The notes beneath the pieces are model-generated. The model did no database searches. It saw only the letters and a list, made by a program, of their open reading frames with translations, and was not told the DNA's origin. A DNA stretch of 16,064 nucleotides from Pseudomonadota bacterium. Its GTDB lineage: Archaea; Thermoplasmatota; SW-10-69-26; JACQPN01; JAJPHT01. Both the position numbers and the translations under genes were made by a program. This document shows positions 13,483-16,064 of the stretch, in pieces. The stretch is from NCBI GenBank assembly GCA_021325135.1, contig JAJPHT010000038.1:1-16064 (forward strand), written 5' to 3'. Every line of letters begins with the position of its first letter. Positions within the stretch are counted from its first letter, which is position 1.

Positions 13483-14124
13483 TCAGGGCTCGGCCTTGCC
13501 GGCGTAGTCGCCGCTGCAGACGTCGGGGAACCTCGACTTCACGGTGTCGTTGCCGGGCACGCTGTCCCAGAGGCTCTCGATGGCCGCGCGCGACGCGGGG
13601 TCGAAGTACGTGACGGGGCACCAGCGGTCGCGCAGCAGGCTCACCGAGGCAAGCTCCCAGTGGACGTTGAACCAGCAGTGCTGCGCGTCGCAGTAGTGGC
13701 CCGCGTGCCCGACGACGTCGCCTTCGCGGACGCTGGCGCCCACGCCAAGGCCGTTGACGTCGTCCATCTCCTTGTAGCGCAGGAGGTAGACGCCGCTGCG
13801 GATCTCCATGTCCCACTTGCCAGGCTCCGAGGCGCCCTGCACGATCCGGCTGACGACGCCGTCGTGCGCCGCGACCATCGCGTGGGACGTCCCGTTGGTC
13901 CACAGGAAGTCGATGCCCGGGTGGCCGTGGGGCACCTGCGGCTTGGGGTGGTACACCGTCTCGCCCATGGGGATCATGCTGGCGGGCGTGTCGTTGCTCT
14001 CCCAGGGCGCGCGGATCTCGATGCGCTCGTGGGGGAGGTACGCCTGGAGCTGGAAGAAGACGCCGAGGCCCACGAGCGCGGCCGCCGCCACGCCCGCGAG
14101 GATCCACCACGACCGGCGCCGCAC
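13483..14124 (-). CDS. Membrane-anchored or secreted M23/LytM-fold peptidase-like protein, degenerate motif
   Basis: N-terminal hydrophobic anchor; HPGIDF (HxxxD), AAHDGVV and VGASVREGDVVG; NVHWEL stands in place of HLHFE. Confidence 0.7.
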   Translation of the reverse strand: MRRRSWWILAGVAAAALVGLGVFFQLQAYLPHERIEIRAPWESNDTPASMIPMGETVYHPKPQVPHGHPGIDFLWTNGTSHAMVAAHDGVVSRIVQGASEPGKWDMEIRSGVYLLRYKEMDDVNGLGVGASVREGDVVGHAGHYCDAQHCWFNVHWELASVSLLRDRWCPVTYFDPASRAAIESLWDSVPGNDTVKSRFPDVCSGDYAGKAEP

Positions 14125-14148
14125 GGCGGGGGCTCGCCGCCTTCCGGC

Positions 14149-14412
14149 TTAACCTTGGCGCGTTTTCCCGCGAGCCGCCAGGCCCAGCTTGGCCCGCCGC
14201 GGAAGGGCCTTCACCTGAAGCTCCCGCCGCAGCGCGTCCCCCCGCGTCGCGCACGCCTCGCTCCAGACGAGGACGACGGGGCGGCGGCCCGAGGTATAGC
14301 GCGCGCCGCGGCCGGCGTTGTGCGCCGCGATGCGCCGGGCGAGGTCGTTGGTGACGCCGCAGTAGAGGGTGCCGTCGGCGCAGCGCAGGAGATAGCAGGA
14401 CCACTCCGTCAC
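14149..14412 (-). CDS. GIY-YIG nuclease family protein (UPF0213/YhbQ-like)
   Basis: WSCYLLRCADGTLYCGVTNDLARRIAAHNAGRGARYTSGRRPVVLVWSE...ALRRE. The GTG start overlaps the upstream TGA. Confidence 0.92.
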   Translation of the reverse strand: MTEWSCYLLRCADGTLYCGVTNDLARRIAAHNAGRGARYTSGRRPVVLVWSEACATRGDALRRELQVKALPRRAKLGLAARGKTRQG

Positions 14413-14654
14413 GGGACGCCCTCGTCGCGCGTGGCCCACAGCGTCCCCGCGGCGGCGACGAGGAGCGCGCCCCCCATGCCGATGAGCATGAGCCGGACGA
14501 CGAGCCACGTCCCGGAGAAGGCGGCGTCGGCGGGCACGCTGGGGTCGGTGTTGATGAACAGCTGCCAGGGCGCGTCCATGCCGCCCGCGGTGATGAGCAG
14601 GACGCCCAGGGCGGCCCCCGCGAGGGCGCCCCGCTGCGCGCGCGTCGGCTCCAT
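14409..14654 (-). CDS. Small two-TM membrane protein
   Basis: Starts MEPTRAQRGALAGAALGVLL; two TM segments; the stop overlaps the GIY-YIG start. Confidence 0.65.
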   Translation of the reverse strand: MEPTRAQRGALAGAALGVLLITAGGMDAPWQLFINTDPSVPADAAFSGTWLVVRLMLIGMGGALLVAAAGTLWATRDEGVP

Positions 14655-14689
14655 GGCGGCGCCACGACGCCGGAGGGGCAAGAAGCTTC

Positions 14690-14941
14690 TCACGCGGGGG
14701 CCTTGCGGCGGCGGAGGGCCAGCCACGCCGCGACCCCCAGGAGGAGCGCTCCCACGACCACGAAATACCGGGGAGACGAGGTGATGCGGAAGAGGCCGAA
14801 CTCGGTCTTCTGGGCGCCCGTCTGGCTCTCGTAGTTGAGCACCCCCCAGGTCACTGGAGTGGGAGGCAGCGCCACGCCGAGGGCGGCGAAGGTGAGGCCG
14901 ATGACCGCGAGGATGACACTGACGAGGCGCGCGCGTTCCAT
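14690..14941 (-). CDS. Small two-TM membrane protein
   Basis: Two hydrophobic segments flanking a polar loop; basic C-terminus RRRK. Confidence 0.65.
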   Translation of the reverse strand: MERARLVSVILAVIGLTFAALGVALPPTPVTWGVLNYESQTGAQKTEFGLFRITSSPRYFVVVGALLLGVAAWLALRRRKAPA

Positions 14942-14996
14942 GGGGCTTCAAAAGCTGTTACAACGGAGGTCCACAAGAAGGCTTCGGCGTCCTTGA

Positions 14997-16064
14997 CTAA
15001 CGGCTCCCGAACCGCACGTTGGGCGTCCGCGCGGGCTGCGGCGCGTGCGCGGCGTGGGCCTCGTGGGGGTGCCCGCAGGCGCAGGTGCCCTCGCTGGCGG
15101 CGCCCGCGCGGAGGGCCGCGAGGCGGCGGTTGACCAATTCCCAGTTGGAGTCCTTAATGACGGTGCCGTCCTTGAGCGAGACCGGCGGGTGGTCCTCCAC
15201 CTTGTGGGTCCGCTCCCACGCTTCGAGGTCCAGCATGCGGCTGACGCCGGGCTTGACCAGGAGCGTCACGCGGCTCTCGCTACGCGCGCCCTGCTGCTCG
15301 TATCCGATGAGCGGGGCGAGGCGGTCGGTGAACGCCTGCACGTCGGCCATGCTGGGCATGTTGTCGATGGTCATGCGCTCGCGGCTGTAGCCCACGAACA
15401 CGTACCCCTTGGACTCGACGAAGTGCGCGCCGGCGCGCTCGTCGAGCTTGGCGTACTGCTCGACGTGCCCCTTGTCGGCCTCCATGTTCCACCCCTTCAC
15501 CAGCGTGTGGCGGCTGACCTTGCGGCAGTCCAGCGAGGGGAGCAGGTCGATGGTCTCCTCCAGCTTGTCCCACGCCCCGCCGCCGATGGGCACGCAGAGC
15601 TTGTTGAACACCTCCTCGTTGGGCGCGTCGACGCTGACGTAGAGCTGCGTGGGCAGCGGGTCGAGCTTCGCCAGGAGGTCGGGCCGGCTGCCGTTGGTGA
15701 CGAGGAAGGTGGTCATGCCGCGGCGGTAGCAGAGGCGGATGAACTCCCCCAGGTGCGGGTAGAAGGTGGGCTCGCCGTTGAGCGAGATGGCGACGTGCTT
15801 GGGCATCTGGCTCTCGACCCACTTCTGCTCGGGCGTCGTGGGGTGCCCCTTGTAGCCCGAGAGGAGGCGGCGCTGCTCGGCCAGCGCGCCGTCCAGGACG
15901 ACCTGGGGATCGTCCCAGGCGTAGCCGGGCGAGTTGACGTCCAGGTCGAAGCTCTGGGAGCGCCAGCAGTAGAGGCACGTGAAGTTGCAGTAGTCCACGA
16001 TGGGCGTCATCTGCATGCAGCCGCGCGACTCGATGCCGTAGAAGTCGCCCTTGTAGCAGTGGCG
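14997..16064 (-). CDS. taw1: 4-demethylwyosine (imG-14) synthase, radical SAM; 5' end outside the window
   Basis: RHCYKGDFYGIESRGCMQMTP, CNFTCLYCWR (CxxxCxxC), PKHVAISLNGEPT, TTFLVTNG, PTQLYVSVDAP, RHTLVKGWN and ESKGYVFVGYSR. Confidence 0.95.
   Translation of the reverse strand, partial: RHCYKGDFYGIESRGCMQMTPIVDYCNFTCLYCWRSQSFDLDVNSPGYAWDDPQVVLDGALAEQRRLLSGYKGHPTTPEQKWVESQMPKHVAISLNGEPTFYPHLGEFIRLCYRRGMTTFLVTNGSRPDLLAKLDPLPTQLYVSVDAPNEEVFNKLCVPIGGGAWDKLEETIDLLPSLDCRKVSRHTLVKGWNMEADKGHVEQYAKLDERAGAHFVESKGYVFVGYSRERMTIDNMPSMADVQAFTDRLAPLIGYEQQGARSESRVTLLVKPGVSRMLDLEAWERTHKVEDHPPVSLKDGTVIKDSNWELVNRRLAALRAGAASEGTCACGHPHEAHAAHAPQPARTPNVRFGSR

Overview
High-GC archaeal chromosomal window. Evidence for an archaeal origin is a Taw1/TYW1 radical SAM gene, a COG3388-like regulator and a tRNA gene without encoded CCA; assignment to Thermoplasmatota is an inference only. 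The main feature is a 3413-bp cargo-carrying transposon (3648-7060) inserted just upstream of a tRNA-Leu(CAG) gene. It has 55-bp terminal inverted repeats (52/55 identical), each built from two internal direct repeats, and a perfect 9-bp target-site duplication (TCACGGGCT). It encodes a SWIM + zinc-ribbon + IS6/rve-like DDE transposase and a divergent AbrB/MazE-like regulator, separated by four ATGGAACCAT boxes. It also carries a two-gene operon of unknown function, a ribbon-helix-helix gene interrupted by one in-frame TGA, and a MarR-like winged-helix gene with a paralog just outside the element. Left flank: a possibly pseudoknotted structured segment (1-122), a COG3388-like regulator, a CPBP intramembrane protease and a Cys-rich secreted protein. 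Right flank: two tandem small secreted paralogs (VWQESN-x3-GLQ motif) sharing a 5' hairpin, an RNB-domain exoribonuclease with a long N-terminus, two membrane zinc-ribbon paralogs, a thioesterase, a VOC protein, an FMN reductase, a degenerate M23-like protein, a GIY-YIG nuclease, several small membrane proteins and a truncated taw1.
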